From positions 8,343,059 through 8,407,058 of the forward strand of contig CAVNZM010000002.1 in NCBI GenBank assembly GCA_963693365.1: a stretch of DNA of 64,000 bases, in the 5' to 3' direction. The stretch's first letter is position 1; each line of letters opens with the position of its first letter. Below, piece by piece: positions 1 through 18,535 of this stretch. A model generated the notes under the pieces. It searched no databases and was not told the DNA's origin. It was given only the letters and a program-made list of their open reading frames with translations. Source of the stretch: Amoebidium appalachense. Its lineage: Eukaryota > Protista > Ichthyosporea. The translations under genes were made by a program, and so were the position numbers.

Positions 1-77
<77 letters not shown>

Positions 78-327
78 ATGTCTATGTGTGTGTTTGGGGG
101 GGGGGGAGGGGGGAGGGCGGGTGTTTGTGTTTGTGTGTGTGGGTGTGGGTGTGGGTGGGTGGGTGGGTGTGGGTGCGGGTGTGGGTGTGGGTGTTTTTTT
201 GAGAGAGAGAGGGGGTGGAGGGCGGAGCGAGGGCGAGAGAGCGAGAGAGAGAGAGAGAGAGAGAGTGTGTGTGTGTGTATGTGTGTGATTTCTTTTTCTT
301 TTTTTATGTGTGCTTCGGCAGGGGGCT

Positions 328-348
328 GCGGTGGTGGTTTTTTTTTTT

Positions 349-379
<31 letters not shown>

Positions 380-755
380 GGGAGGTGGAGGGGGGGAGGG
401 GGAGGAGGGGCAAAGGGAGCCTGAACGGGGGGGTGGAGGGGCGAGGGGGGAGGGGCAAAGAGAGCCTGCACGACTATCATAGTTCAAAGTTGGACGAAAA
501 TACTTTTTTTAGTGTTTGTAGGGCCATTTGCCTGTGTCCTGCGATGGTGGTTTTTTTTTTTTTTTTTTTGGGGGGGGGGGGGAGGGGGGGGGGGGGGGAA
601 GGTGGAGGGGGGAGGGGGGGAGGGGCAAACGGAGCCTGAACGGGGGGGTGGAGGGGGGAGGGGGGGAGGGGCAAAGAGAGCCTGCACGACTATCATAGTT
701 CAAAGTTGGACGAAAATACTTTTTTTAGTGTTTGTAGGGCCATTTGCCTGTGTCC
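328..755. repeat. Tandem duplication of ~215 bp upstream of the first visible UCK exon (probably intronic)
   Basis: The block ...gagagcctgcacgactatcatagttcaaagttggacgaaaatac...gggccatttgcctgtgtcct occurs at ~460-540 and ~676-755, each time preceded by the same T-run/G-run/gagcctgaacggg layout. Confidence 0.9.
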
Positions 756-828
756 TTCTAACCTCCTCTTATCTTGTTTTTGCATGCTGTTGCGTGCACA
801 CGTATCCTAACACCGTGTATGGATGCAG

Positions 829-4836
<4,008 letters not shown>

Positions 4837-4914
4837 ATCTTTGTTCCTAATGCACGTGCAAGCACACACGTCTCTCTCTCTCCCTCTCTCCCCTCTCTCC
4901 CCTCTCTCTTTCTC

Positions 4915-4963
<49 letters not shown>

Positions 4964-6061
4964 ACGTGCGGATAAAGGATGTGAAGTGCATGTGGTCTAT
5001 TCGTGGGAACTGAGACCAGAGGGACGCTTTATGCAGACACGCAGAGGTATAGTGGTCGACAACTGTCCCACTGCACTGACACAGACACAGCAATACCTGA
5101 AAAGCATAAGGATTCTGAATTTTTTGTAATACACGTGCAGAAACACACACATACGTGCACATGTTTACAAATGATGTGTGTAATCATAAAAGTCGGGGTG
5201 TCACTGAGTAATTGTGTTCGGATATGCGAACCAGGATTTGTAGTTGTGTTGTATGTATTGTGGAGTTCGGATACTTGCCAACCTAGGTATTGAGCGGCTT
5301 TACAAAACGTGCTAACGATCTAGAGACCTTTTCCCAGGAATCTTTTTTATTGCATTGGGCAACACCCAAAAAGGAAACTACCCCATATATAGACAGAACT
5401 AATTATGGATTCGGATGTTTGACTGACGTCATCTTTGCGTCAAGCCGAGCAATGTCGTCTTAGACATTGAAAGCTTTCAAAGTAGTTGCTACGTTGGCTC
5501 CCGGTAGTAGGGACGAATGCAAGTGTGTTTGGGGTCGGTTTTTTTTCACCCCTTACGTAGTACATGAGGGATAGTGGTTGGTGGGAAGCAGGTGCTTTTT
5601 TTTAAAGAGTTTTATTTTGTTTGTTTGTTTGTTTGCATCACCAGATCGCGTAGTATCATACTAAACTTTGATTGAGAATCGATTACGCAAAGTAAAGTTG
5701 GATGTACACAATAATCTCGTGCAGCCGGCTGTTTTTGTCGCCTTACATGTACATGTCAAAATGTGCATGCACGTTATAATTTAGTGTAATTACACTATGG
5801 CTACAGTAACAGGACGTGCACATGTACCTGTTCGTTTAAATTTTGCTGTTGCTCGTAATTACATGAGTGCGTATGCCGCTGTTTGTGGGTATAAGTGCGT
5901 GTGTGCCCCACGTGCACAATAGAGCCTGTGTAGGGGGGAAGCTTTCAATCGGTGGATATGCGGGTTGGTGTGTGTTTTTTTTTTTGTGTACATGTGTGAG
6001 CTCGAGAGAGGCGAGCCTCCAGAGAAAGTCTCGAGAGAGAAGGCCCAATGAGAGAGGGGGA

Positions 6062-6103
<42 letters not shown>

Positions 6104-6405
6104 AAGAGAGAGAGGGAGGGAGGGAGAGAGAGAGAGGGAGAGCCTGGAGAGAGCCTCTATAGCTATAGAAGCTCGTGTCCCCTGTCGTCCTTTTCCCTTC
6201 CGTCTCAGATAGAGAGAGAGAGAGAGAGCGTGTGTGTGTGTGTGACACGTGTGTGTGTGTGTGTGCCCGCACGTGCCTGCGTGCATGCCGCGGTCGGTGG
6301 TGGCCAGAAGTAAGATATTGAGCAGCAGGAGGAAGACGGTGGTGGTGGTGGTGGTGTGGGTGGGTGGGTGGGTGGCTGGGGGGGTGTAAGTGCATGACTT
6401 GGAGA

Positions 6406-6445
<40 letters not shown>

Positions 6446-6938
6446 AGTGCACATGCCATCTTCGACAAAAAGTGGTGCCGGATCACGAGACGTCACGGCC
6501 TAAGTTTTGGAAAAATCTTCTTGGCCGTTGTTTCATTGCATATGTCCTGTTCGTATGATCCATGGTTGGTTGGCAAATCCGAGCGTTTGGCAAATATTAA
6601 AACTTTGCAGGCACACTATCCATGCATTGATATATCGATATCATGACCGTGCATATACACATTTTATAGAGCGCATGTTTGTGTATGTGTGTGTTCGTGT
6701 GTGTAAATGTACGTGCGCGCGCGCGCGAGTGTGTGTGTATGCCACGTTCACACTGGTGTTGAGTTCAAATAGGCCTTCAAGTTTGGCCTCAATGCCGCTG
6801 TACTCAAAAAAAAAAAAAAAAAAAAAAAAAAAAGGAAAGTTTAAACACTGAGTCCGCCTTTAGGGCCAGCTGACCAATGAGAACACTCCTTCAACGAATA
6901 TTCCGAATTTCATTGAAAAACACGAATGAGATCGCATC

Positions 6939-6982
<44 letters not shown>

Positions 6983-7506
6983 AAAAAAAAAAAAAACAAA
7001 AAAAACAAAACAAAAAACAAATCCATTTTACACAGCTTCACCTCAACAGTCAGAAATAGGGCAAAAAAAACAAAACAAGGAGGGATCCGAAGGCACTATA
7101 CACACCGAAACACTCATTATGATACATAGGGCACATTTGCGCCACCACGCACACACAAAAGGAGTTGTAGACTTGTCTATGCGAAAATTCGAGAGCTTAC
7201 TGCGGTTTTTGTACATTCCCACAAAATTCTATGGCCATCCACGCACACCAAGAATTCCCAATCATCTTCATCCATTCGTAACATCCCCCCCCCCCCCCCC
7301 CCCCTCCCTCCCCCGCCACCCACCCCACCCCCCAAACCCCCGACCTTTACCCTCACACCAACTTTCTCCTCCGATCCAAATAGTTCATCAGATCAATTGA
7401 GTTCTGCCTCACCTCCATCAACCTCGCCTTTCGATCCAATCTCTCTTTCATCAATTCCTCCCTCACCTCTCTCGAATAGTACTGTTTCACGTTGACTATG
7501 CACGCG

Positions 7507-8935
7507 TCATCCACACACGGGCCGGTTGACCCGGTACTCCCGACCCGACCCCCTCCCCGTCGTTGTTAACCGCGCCATTAGAGCATTGTCTCTCGCTGGA
7601 AGCGCGGTAGGTTCGAACGCGAAACCCGCTTCGATCTCCTGTTCGTGCGTTTCGATTCGAATCGGCCCGTCTTCCTGGCCCGACCCACGAACCCGTTTCC
7701 CGTTATGGTAAGCCTGGTTCCGCCATCTTCTGTGGAACGGATCGGCGGCTTCGTGTGGTACCGGCGAGGCGACGGGCGGGGAGGCCTGGGGAGCGTTTTG
7801 ATTGGATAACGGCTTTGGAATGTTCTCGGGTTTGCTAGAAGATGGAGATCCTGATACATGATTGAAGGAAAATACCTGCTTGAGCGGGTTTGATTGGTGG
7901 GGGCTGGCTTGTGGTTTAGTTTGGTTCGGGCTCACTGGTGTCTTCGGTGATTGGTGGGGAATGCCTGTTTTCGATTGGATGGAGGCAAGGGATGGTCGCT
8001 TTTCATTGGAGCTCACCGCTGGTTGTTGTGTCTTTTCGACTGGTTGGTATGATGACGTAGGTGCTGGGACTGATGCAGAGTACGCCTGTGTGTGTGTACG
8101 TGTGGAGGGTGGGTGGTTGGGCAAGTGTGTGTGTGTGTGTGTATGTGTGTGTATGTGTTGGGCGGGGGGGGGGGGGGGGGAGGGAGGGGGGGGGGACGAG
8201 GGGGGGGATAAGTGAGGGAAGCAGGGAGCGGCAGGGGAGGGGAGGGTGGTTTATAATGCGAACACAACACGAATGGGGCCGGGGGTTGTGGTTGTGTTGT
8301 GGTTGTGGTGGTGGTTGCCAGGGGAGGGGGGAGAGGAGGGGGGGGGGGGGGGGGAGGGGGCATGCGGAACAAGTTTGGCGTGTTTGAAGGTGAATCAAAT
8401 AAATTGAGGTTAGTAAAACACGGGCGGCTTCACAACTGTTACATAAACGAGTAAAACCCAAAGAAAGGGGGGAGGAGGGGGGGTTGGGGTGGGGTGCGGG
8501 TGGCGGCGAGGGGGGGGGGGGGGGGGGGGGGGGGGTAGCATGTGAGTGCCAGTACACATCATCCATGGCAGCTGAATGACAGATGTGCTATCTTTTTTTT
8601 AGCTACCGATGTGTGTGTGTGCGGCACAGGCGGTGTGCATTTGCGTGTGCGCATGCGTGTTTGTGTTGGTTTATACGTGTGTGCTGGTGTGTATGTCTGT
8701 GTGCTTGTGTTTGTGCATATGGGAATGTGTGCGCAAGCCCGTAAATATGAACGCGTCTGCTTGTGACATCTGCATATGTCTCTGCATTTTTTTTTATGTG
8801 GTTGTGTGTGCACGGCCATGCTTGTTTTTGTGCACACAACCGAGCATTCACATGTGCCCTGGCATGTATGTGTAGAGCAGGCACATGCAGGTGGGCTGCT
8901 GTGATGTGCAGGAAGCTTGCACGTCCAGGTGATTG

Positions 8936-8966
<31 letters not shown>

Positions 8967-9783
8967 TGTGTGTGTGTGCATGTGTGTGTGTGCGTGTGTG
9001 TGCGTGTGCATGTGTGTGTGTGCGTGTGTGTGTGTGCGCGCGCGCGTCTGCGTGCGGCGCAGTTGTGTGTGTGTACGTGCGCGTGGGTATGTTTGCATGC
9101 ACGTGTGTGCATATGTGACAATAAAGAGATACAAGTTTTTACGGGCCTCGACACAGGCAATCACATGTGGTTTATTACAACCGAACATCCTCTTGCTTTC
9201 CCATGACCCCCCCCCCCCCTCCTTGTCTTCTCCTTCCCTACCCCCCCCCCCCCCCCCATTCGGGTGTACCTCAAAACCTGTGTGCTTTCCTGCTGTCTAA
9301 TGGGTGTGATATTCAAATCCGTGCACGCCTTGGCCCACACCTCCCTCCATATGCTTGCATGTACATAAACACCAAAGAGTCTACACCCATCTATAAACAA
9401 CATACCTTCTCTTCAAGTGCAGTTATGCATACAAACACGACCATGCTCGTACCTGTGCAAGCACTACCATGAACAGCATGTACATACGTTCACGAGCAAA
9501 TGTAGTATTAAGGTGGTCGTAGATATTATCTGTGCAAATACATGCATGATAAGTTTAGCAAAGACTTGTGCATAGGCTCTTTCATAGCGAGGAAAATAGC
9601 TGTGTGAAGCAAGGATGACACAGTTCGAGCGGAGAGGACACAGGGAAATACAGCCTTCGGGGGAAGGAGAGAGGGCATGCGCGGGGGGGGGGGGGGGGGG
9701 GAGGGGGGGGGAGGGGGGGGTGAGAGGAGGGGAAGGCGTGAGAAGAAAAGGGAAGGGGAAGGTGTTGTGAGGTGAGTGTGTGA

Positions 9784-9820
<37 letters not shown>

Positions 9821-10427
9821 GTGCAGAGGGGGGAGGGGGGAGGGGGGGCAGAACATAGTAAGAAGTAAGCAAATGAACAACAAACGTGGCATCAATTGAT
9901 GTGTGTGCAACACGAGTGACACCGTGGCATCAATTGATGCGTGTGCAACACGAGTGACACCCAACTTCATGGGAGAAGAGGACAAGACAACCACAGTACC
10001 AGTTTGTGTACGTGGAAACATGGGAAAGGTGGGGAGGGGAGGGGGAAGAGAGAGAGAGAGTAGGGCGGCGGGTTGGTGGGGTAGGGGGGAGGGGAGGAGA
10101 GAGAGAGAGAGCGAGAGAGAAAGTGCGAGATGTGAGATTGCAATAGAAAGAGGGAGAGAGAAAGAGACACAGAGAAAAGAGCGACAGAGAAACAGACAGA
10201 GGGAGGGGAAGGGGGGGCAGGGGGAGGGGTTGATGAGAGGGAAGACGAGTGTTACCTTTTCCCTTTCATTGCCCACCGCCCTTTCAGGCTGTATGTCCTC
10301 ATTGTCGCTTGCCCACTCAAACTCCTCGTGGCTCAGTGGGGGTGTGTTGAAGCCGTCAGATAACTCACCATCACCCTCGGTAGTGGAGAGAGGGGCTGGG
10401 GAAACTGGACCTGGCATCCTCACGGTG
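7507..10427 (-). CDS. Hypothetical multi-exon protein, S/P/Q-rich, function unknown
   Basis: Candidate exons 10427-10256 (cccag|...SHEEFEWASDNEDIQPERAVGNEREK|gtaac), a possible micro-exon 9295-9269, and 8085-7507 (cacag|AYSASVPAPTSS...). A further coding-like frame (VKQYYSREVREELMKERLDRKARL) lies at ~7500-7360. No family recognised; start and end are uncertain. Confidence 0.45.
9885..9960. repeat. Tandem 2 x 38 bp repeat with a palindromic core
   Basis: cgtggcatcaattgatg(t/c)gtgtgcaacacgagtgacac occurs twice; core gcatcaattgatgc. Confidence 0.85.
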
Positions 10428-10685
10428 CTGGGGGGGAGGAAGGGGGGGGGGGGGGGAGGGGGAGGGGGGGGGTGGGAAGGTGTGTACGTGTGTGTGGATT
10501 TGGGACTGATGGGGAAGAGCGAGTAGAGATGGGGGGGGGGGGGGGGGGAGGGGTTATGATTGAGGTTTTTTTTGAATAGGCCGAGAAAACAAAAGGAGGT
10601 GCAAGCGTGTGCACAATAGTGCTGGAGATGAATTGTTCTTATGTCATAAGCCCCTTTGTAAAAGCACACGTGCGTGTGTGCGTGG

Positions 10686-10803
<118 letters not shown>

Positions 10804-10954
10804 GCGCTCACATGTGTGCAAGAGCGTGCCTGAGTTGTGTGAGCGCCTGTGAGTGTGGTTTTGTGTGTGGTGTATGTTTGCGTCGGGGTGCGTGCCTGTG
10901 TGTGTGCGTGTGTGCATGTGCGAGTGTGTGTGTTTGCGTGCGTGCGTGTTTGTG

Positions 10955-10989
<35 letters not shown>

Positions 10990-12837
10990 TGTGTGCATAT
11001 GTATGCACGGGTGTGTGGGTGTGACTGTGGCATACACGTGCATGCTTGTTCGTAAGTTCGAAGGTGGGATTCACGATGTAGACTTTCTCTTCGTTCCTCC
11101 ATCAACTTTGCTTATGTTGTTGTGCATGTGTTGCTAAGATTGGGGGGACGAGGGGAAGGGGGGCGGGGGGGAGGAGGAGGAGGCCTAATGCATGGAGAGA
11201 TAGAGGGGGAGGGAGGGAAGGGGCGGGCGGTTAACTTGGAGCTCGGGTAAGTGTTTCTCACGTACAACAGCACGCGATAAGCGTGTGTGCAGTTTGTTCC
11301 AAAAGCATACCCACATATACACGTGCCCAAACGTGCAAAGGCACAATGCCAAGGACTCACCTCCAAAAAGACACGAATTAGTACGTTGCTTCTTCCTTTC
11401 AGGTCCCACAGGTTTCACGATGAAACTGAAAACTCTTTTTTTAGTAACGAACTACCGGGCTAGCAAACACTACCTCTAGGTTAGTCATGACAGGCCCTGC
11501 AAAATTTTGTCAAATCAGCTTCTCGTCGGCTGATTTTTTAATTAAAACTTCAAAAGTCAGAGCAACAGTCAGAGCAACAGCTCTCGATTTCTCACGGCTG
11601 AAAGTTTAGAGTTTCAAGACTGAGAGCAACAGCAGCTTATCTTATTTTTCCAACTTAGGGAACCAGTATTAAATGTGCACCACAACGTGTTCGCCGTTTT
11701 TGCCTGTATACGTATCTGCCGTGTGTCCTCGCCTACAGGTAGGATTAGTACAACCTCCTAGCATTCAAGTTGTGCTTCCCTGAGTGCTACAGTGTACGCT
11801 CGCCCTTGAAAACCGTTCTGTCTTTCAGTCTGCAAGGATTCCGGGCCCGCACCAAAAAACAGCATTCCGACGTGCATCCCGGCGAATTCCACGCGTGATC
11901 TACAAGCCACTTTGTTTGCAGTTACCTAGCCATATAAAGCTACAGACAAGATGACCATGGGCCACTTATCAGTGGCATGAGTCATTAGCCCTCAATCGAT
12001 ACAGTGCCCCAAGCTGGGCGGGCGCGGCAGCCTCACACAATGCTGACTCCGCGGAAATGCTAGCTATAGTATAGTTCGAGGCCACGCACCTCTAACTTCA
12101 GCCACTTCACCGATTCATTGCTTGACTCATGATGAGGCCACCAGAAAGCTCTTCTCCTGACAAGTTACCCGTTCGCAAGGGCGCTTCCGCAGAAAACGTT
12201 CGTGAGTTGTGCGCATGAGACGTGAATACGATTGTTCGTGCTTGCTCGAGGAGTGGGTCAACCCAAGATAGCCTGTGAGGGGATGTTCTGTAACACCCTT
12301 CTCACAGTTAACCCTCAGTGTACTGTTTTTAGAGTATAGCTAGTTCAGACTGACAAGACCCGTTGCTTGTGCATATGCATATATATATGCTCGTCGGTCG
12401 GCCTTCCCTACTAGTTACTAAATATATATATGGACATAGGTGTCGACGACGTACATACTTCGTCTTCCACGTTTTCAGGAAGCACATGTCATTACGTAGA
12501 AAAAACGCAGCAAAGCATACATGCTGGACGTATACGCCGTGAACTGTATTTGTATTGTAAAGCAGTTGATGAAGAGAAAGAACATCAACCTCATCAGCGA
12601 ACCGGGCTATGCAAGCTTGGCAGGCAGTCCATTCTCTGCCGGAGGCAAGACCATTTCTCGCTACCATCGTGGCTCCCCGAGACTCATGGACATGAAATCA
12701 GAGGCAAGTACGGGAATTTATTGTTTTGAAAAAAAATAAAATAAATACTCTAAAAGAACATGAACGAATAACTGTTAATTGACATCTAACGAACCATGAA
12801 AACTATGGTGTGTGTGCGTGCATGTAAGTGCACGTAC

Positions 12838-13053
<216 letters not shown>

Positions 13054-13069
13054 AACACACACACGCACG

Positions 13070-13110
<41 letters not shown>

Positions 13111-13295
13111 AAGCATACTGGACACACTGGGACCCCACATACACACACCTCCTCCCTGCCCACCCCCCTCGTTGCCTTCCTCACTCCCATTCTCCCTCAT
13201 AAACCCACACGAGCACACAAACTCTTACCCAGAACCACCGACCTACTCACACCCATACACGTCCCAACCATACACACTGACCGTGACATGCACAA

Positions 13296-13484
13296 GGGGG
13301 TTTACGTTGTTTACTCGAGGCAAAGAAAGACCAGTCTCAGGTATGGGGGGGTTTTGCTCGGAATATCCCCTCAGCGGTATATCATGATCACGTACATAGA
13401 TGTCGGGTGATGACTATATATCAGGTTTACTTTCTCTACGGGACACCATAAAGACTAAGAGAAATCAATTAGTTGGGGTTCCCC

Positions 13485-13524
<40 letters not shown>

Positions 13525-13525
13525 G
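13296..13525 (-). mobile_element. Solo 3'-terminal module of the LINE family (SINE-like or 5'-truncated copy)
   Basis: Matches LINE 33433-33629 and 49270-49465 with several substitutions, plus a 38-nt T tract. TSD ACAA at 13292-13295 and 13526-13529. The empty site gtgacatgcacaac is present in the paralogous copies at ~17241 and ~41294. Confidence 0.9.
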
Positions 13526-14273
13526 ACAACCACACACAGATATCCCTCCCCACCCACCCCCTTGACACACACATACACATAATACAGAAATCACATACAC
13601 ACCCACCCACCCACCCTTCCACCCATCCACCCGCACACACACGCGCGCGCGCGCACACACACAAACAGGCACACAAAAAATCTTTCACCATACCACCTCC
13701 CCCCCCCCCCCCCCCCCCCCCCCTCCCCCCCCCCCTTCTGCCCTCGATATATACAGGATATATTGCGACACATAAGTTCGGCACTACCCATTATGGCGGC
13801 TATCGTAACAAGGTTGACCACCGAGTCCCGGGGTCTATAATAAGAGGTGATACACCACACTGGCTGAACCGTAGCCTACCAACCAACATGCTGTTTCTTC
13901 CTTCTATTTATGCAACTCATTGGTGACAGAATCATCATCCACACACCACCCAAACACAATCACCATCCACATCACCCATTACCACTTACCCGTTCTGCAC
14001 ACATACATCCATCCACCATCCCACATATACACTAGCACAGCTTTCACCCTCCCCACCTGCCCACCCCCCAACCCCGCCCACACACACATCCCATTCACCA
14101 CCCACACCCACTCATCAGGTGAACCCACCCGCACTCACACTCAGTCACTCACACACCCACCCACGCACATAGCCACCCACCCACCCACGCACTCACCCAA
14201 TGATCTATTCAAGCAAACAGACACTCACACATAGATACACACGAACCCAGTAACCCACCCACCTCTTCATACG

Positions 14274-14321
<48 letters not shown>

Positions 14322-14388
14322 AACACCCACCCACACACACACCGTGGTACCCACACACACACACACACACACGCACACACACACACAG

Positions 14389-14441
<53 letters not shown>

Positions 14442-14730
14442 CAGACACACACACACATTCACCACCCCAACCCTCCCCCCTCCCCTCCCCCCTAATCAAC
14501 AGCACCCACCCACACACCCATCCCATCTCCCCCTTCCCCCCCACACACACACTCATACCCATCCCCTCCCCCCCCCCCCCCCCCCCCCCGTGCGCCCCAC
14601 CGCCCCCACCATAGACACACACACACAGCCGTTTCTCATTCCGTCATCTCTTTTTGCGTTATTGGCACGTGATTGGTCCTCTCCCCCTCCCACCCTTCCA
14701 TTCTCCTTCCTTGCAGCTCCATTGCCCCCA

Positions 14731-14761
<31 letters not shown>

Positions 14762-15312
14762 TCTCCCCTGCCCCCCCCTCCCCTCCCCACCTCCCCCACA
14801 CACGCCCACCTCCCCCACACCTCCCCACCCCTCCCTTGCCTGCTTCAAGCCCCCAAGTCTCATTCACAAACCCACCTTGAGCCAATACCCCACACCACAA
14901 CATGAGACATCCACCCACCCACCATGATCACCCATCTCTTATATAACAAACACGTTATGTCGGTACCGGTGCCAGTCACCCCATTGATCCCCGTCCCGAC
15001 CCCCCGCCCTCCACCCCACCCCCTCCTTCCCCTCTCTCCCACAAACGACTCTGCAATACCCATGTTCCCCCCCTCCCGGCCCCCTCCCCCCATCAGTCTC
15101 ATACGGGGGAAGCTGATGACCCCAAAGAGCGGGGGTTTGAGATGACTGAGAAGGCCTGTGGCTTTATCTGACACGTGATAACGAGCTTATCAGTATCAGC
15201 TGTGTGGTTTCGAGTTCCATTGGTGAGAACCATGAGAATGAAGCCATGATGCTTGGATTGGCGTTAAAAAGGGAGAGAGAGAGAGAGAGAGAGTGTGTGT
15301 GTGACTTTCGGG

Positions 15313-15367
<55 letters not shown>

Positions 15368-15369
15368 AG

Positions 15370-15580
15370 GGGGGAGGGAGGGAGGGAGGGAGGGAGGGAG
15401 GGAGGGAGGGAGGGAGGGAGGGAGGGAGGGAGGGAGGGAGGGAGGGAGGGAGGGAGGGAGGGAGGGAGGGAGGGAGGGAGGGAGGGAGGGAGGGAGGGAG
15501 GGAGGGAGGGAGGGAGGGAGGGAGGGAGGGAGGGAGGGAGGGAGGGAGGGAGGGAGGGAGGGAGGGAGGGAGGGAGGGGG
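15370..15580. repeat. (GGGA)n tract within a larger purine-only region
   Basis: About 50 perfect GGGA units seen directly. Confidence 0.95.
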
Positions 15581-16024
15581 GGGGGGGGGGGGGGGGAGGG
15601 AGGGAGGGAGGGAGGGGGGGAGGGAGGGAGGGGGGGGAGAGAGAGAGAGAGAGAGAGAGGGAGGGAGGGAGGGAGGGGGGAAGGGAGGGAGAGAGAGAGA
15701 GAGAGAGGGGGGGGGGGGAGAGAGAGAGAGAGATGGAGAGAGAGAGAGATAGAAAGGGAAAGGGGGAGGGAGGGGGGGAAGGCCGGGGGGAGGGGGGAGC
15801 TAGAGGGGTGGGGCAGAAAAATGAGGGTGCCAGGAGAGCAAGAGAGAGAGAAAGAGAAAGAGATGGAGCCACATAGAAAGAGACAGACAGACAGAGAGAG
15901 AGAGAGAGGGGGGGGGGGAGGGGGGAGAGGGTGTGTGTGACACTCGTGAACTGTGTGTCTCTATGTATGTGTGTTTATTTGTGCGGTGCCACTGTGTGTG
16001 CGTGTGTGTGCGTGTGCGTGTGCT

Positions 16025-16065
<41 letters not shown>

Positions 16066-16105
16066 ACATGTGTGTGTGTGTGTGCGTGTGTGTGTGTGTC
16101 AGTGC

Positions 16106-16144
<39 letters not shown>

Positions 16145-16148
<4 letters not shown>

Positions 16149-16418
16149 ATTGCATTCATGTTTCCTTCTCTGTCTTGTTTTCTTTTCTTGCCTTGCCCCC
16201 CCCCCCCCCTCCCCCCCCCGCCTCCCCCTCCCTCCCAATACCTTTTTCTTCCCCCGTTCCCTCGTCATTTTCCCCACAAGATTGAAGGGCCGGTAGAGGG
16301 AGAGGGGTGTGATGGTTAAGCCCGCAAGGGCGGGGGGAGGGGGAAGGGGGGAGGGGGTTATAGCAAGTGTCTCACTCCCTTCCTCCCCCCCCCCCCCCCC
16401 CCCCCCCGGAGGATCCAG

Positions 16419-16454
<36 letters not shown>

Positions 16455-16936
16455 CCTCCTCTCCCCCAACCCCCCACCACCTGTTGGTATTGTTGTCTTT
16501 CCCTACGTGTCTCTCCTTCTCTGTCCATCTGCACATACAGAACTTTTTACAAATCTCTCTTTCTCTCCCTCTCTCTCTCTCTTCCCCCCCCCCCCCCCTC
16601 CCCCCCCTCCCCCAAAAAGAAGCACACGAAAATGGCCAACACACCTACCCCTCCATTAACATCAAAAAGGTTGACCTATCCAGAGGATCATCTGACCATT
16701 TCAACCAATCGAAAATCTAACTACCCACTAACTATAACCCTTCCCTCCCCCCCCCCCCCCCCCCCCCCCCCCTTCCCCCCCCCCCCCCCCCCCTACTCTC
16801 GTCTTTCCCTTCCATATTGCACAACTACAGACCCGAAAACCACCTCATCCACTTACACAAAAGCCACCCACCCACCCACCCACACCCACCCACCCACACC
16901 CACACACACCCACACCCACCCACCCACCCACCCACC

Positions 16937-16992
<56 letters not shown>

Positions 16993-17021
16993 ACACACAC
17001 ACACCAACACACACACGCACG

Positions 17022-17068
<47 letters not shown>

Positions 17069-18290
17069 AAGCATACTGGACACACTGGGACCCCACATAC
17101 ACACACCTCTTCCCTGCCCACCCCCGTCGTTGCCTTCCTCACTCCCATTCTCCCTCATAAACCCACACGAGCACACAAACTCTTACCCAGAACCACCGAC
17201 CTACTCACACCCATACACGTCCCAACCATACACACTGACCGTGACATGCACAACCACACACAGATATCCCCCCCCCCCCCACCCCCTTGACACACACATA
17301 TACATAATACAGAAATCACATACACACCCACCCACCCACCCTTCCACCCACCCACCCGCACACACACGGGCGCGCGCACATACACACACCAAAACAGGCA
17401 CACAAAAAATCTTTCAACATACCACCTCCCCCCCCCCCACCCCCCCCCACCCCCCCACCCCCCCTTCTGCCCTCGATATATACCGGATATATCGGATATT
17501 GCGACACATAAGTTCGGCACTACCCATTATGGGCTATCGTAACATGGTTTACCACCGAGTTCCCTCCCCGGGGTCTATAACAAGAGGTGATACACCACAC
17601 TGGCTATACCGTAGCCTACCAACCAACATGCTGTTTCTTCCTTCTCTTTATGCAACTCACTGGTGACAGAATCATCATCCACACACCACCCAAACACAAT
17701 CACCATCCACATCAACCATCCACACACCACAAACCCCAAACACACACACAGAATGAACCCACCCACGCATCCACAAGCCCTCCCTTACCTCCCCCCCCTT
17801 CTCTCCCCCCCCCCCACCCCCCCCCTCCCCTTCCCCCTCCCTCCTCCCCCACCCACCCATCCACACACGAGTGAAAGTTTCACTCACCCCCGAAACCACC
17901 TACCTGTCTCCCTCTCTATCTAACGTACACACACACATACACAAATACACACACGCACGTGCACACGAGCATCCACCCAAACTTACCCACCTGCACACAC
18001 CCACTTACCCACCCGCACACATACATCCATCCACCATCCCACATATACACTGGCACAGCTTTCACCCTCCCCACCTGCCCACCCCCCAACCCCCCCACAC
18101 ACACATCCCATTCACCACCCACACCCACTCATCAGCTGAACCCACCCGCCCTCACTCTCAGTCACTCACACACCCACCCACGCACTTAGCCACCCACCCA
18201 CCCACTCACTCACCCAATGATCTATTCAAGCAAACAGACACTCACACATAGATACACACCAACCCAGTAACCCACCCACCTCTTCATACG

Positions 18291-18335
<45 letters not shown>

Positions 18336-18343
18336 ACACCGTG

Positions 18344-18385
<42 letters not shown>

Positions 18386-18504
18386 CACCCACACACACAC
18401 ACGCGCGCTCGCACAGAAACAGACACACTCACGTTTCAGCACCCCAACCCTCCCCCCCTCCCCCTCCCCCCTAATTAACAGCACCCACCCACACACCCAT
18501 CCCA

Positions 18505-18535
<31 letters not shown>

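Noticed and set aside
15110-15150. Hammerhead ribozyme suggested by CTGATGA followed by a stem
   Set aside because: No GAAA after stem II and no stem I/III pairing in any of the three copies.
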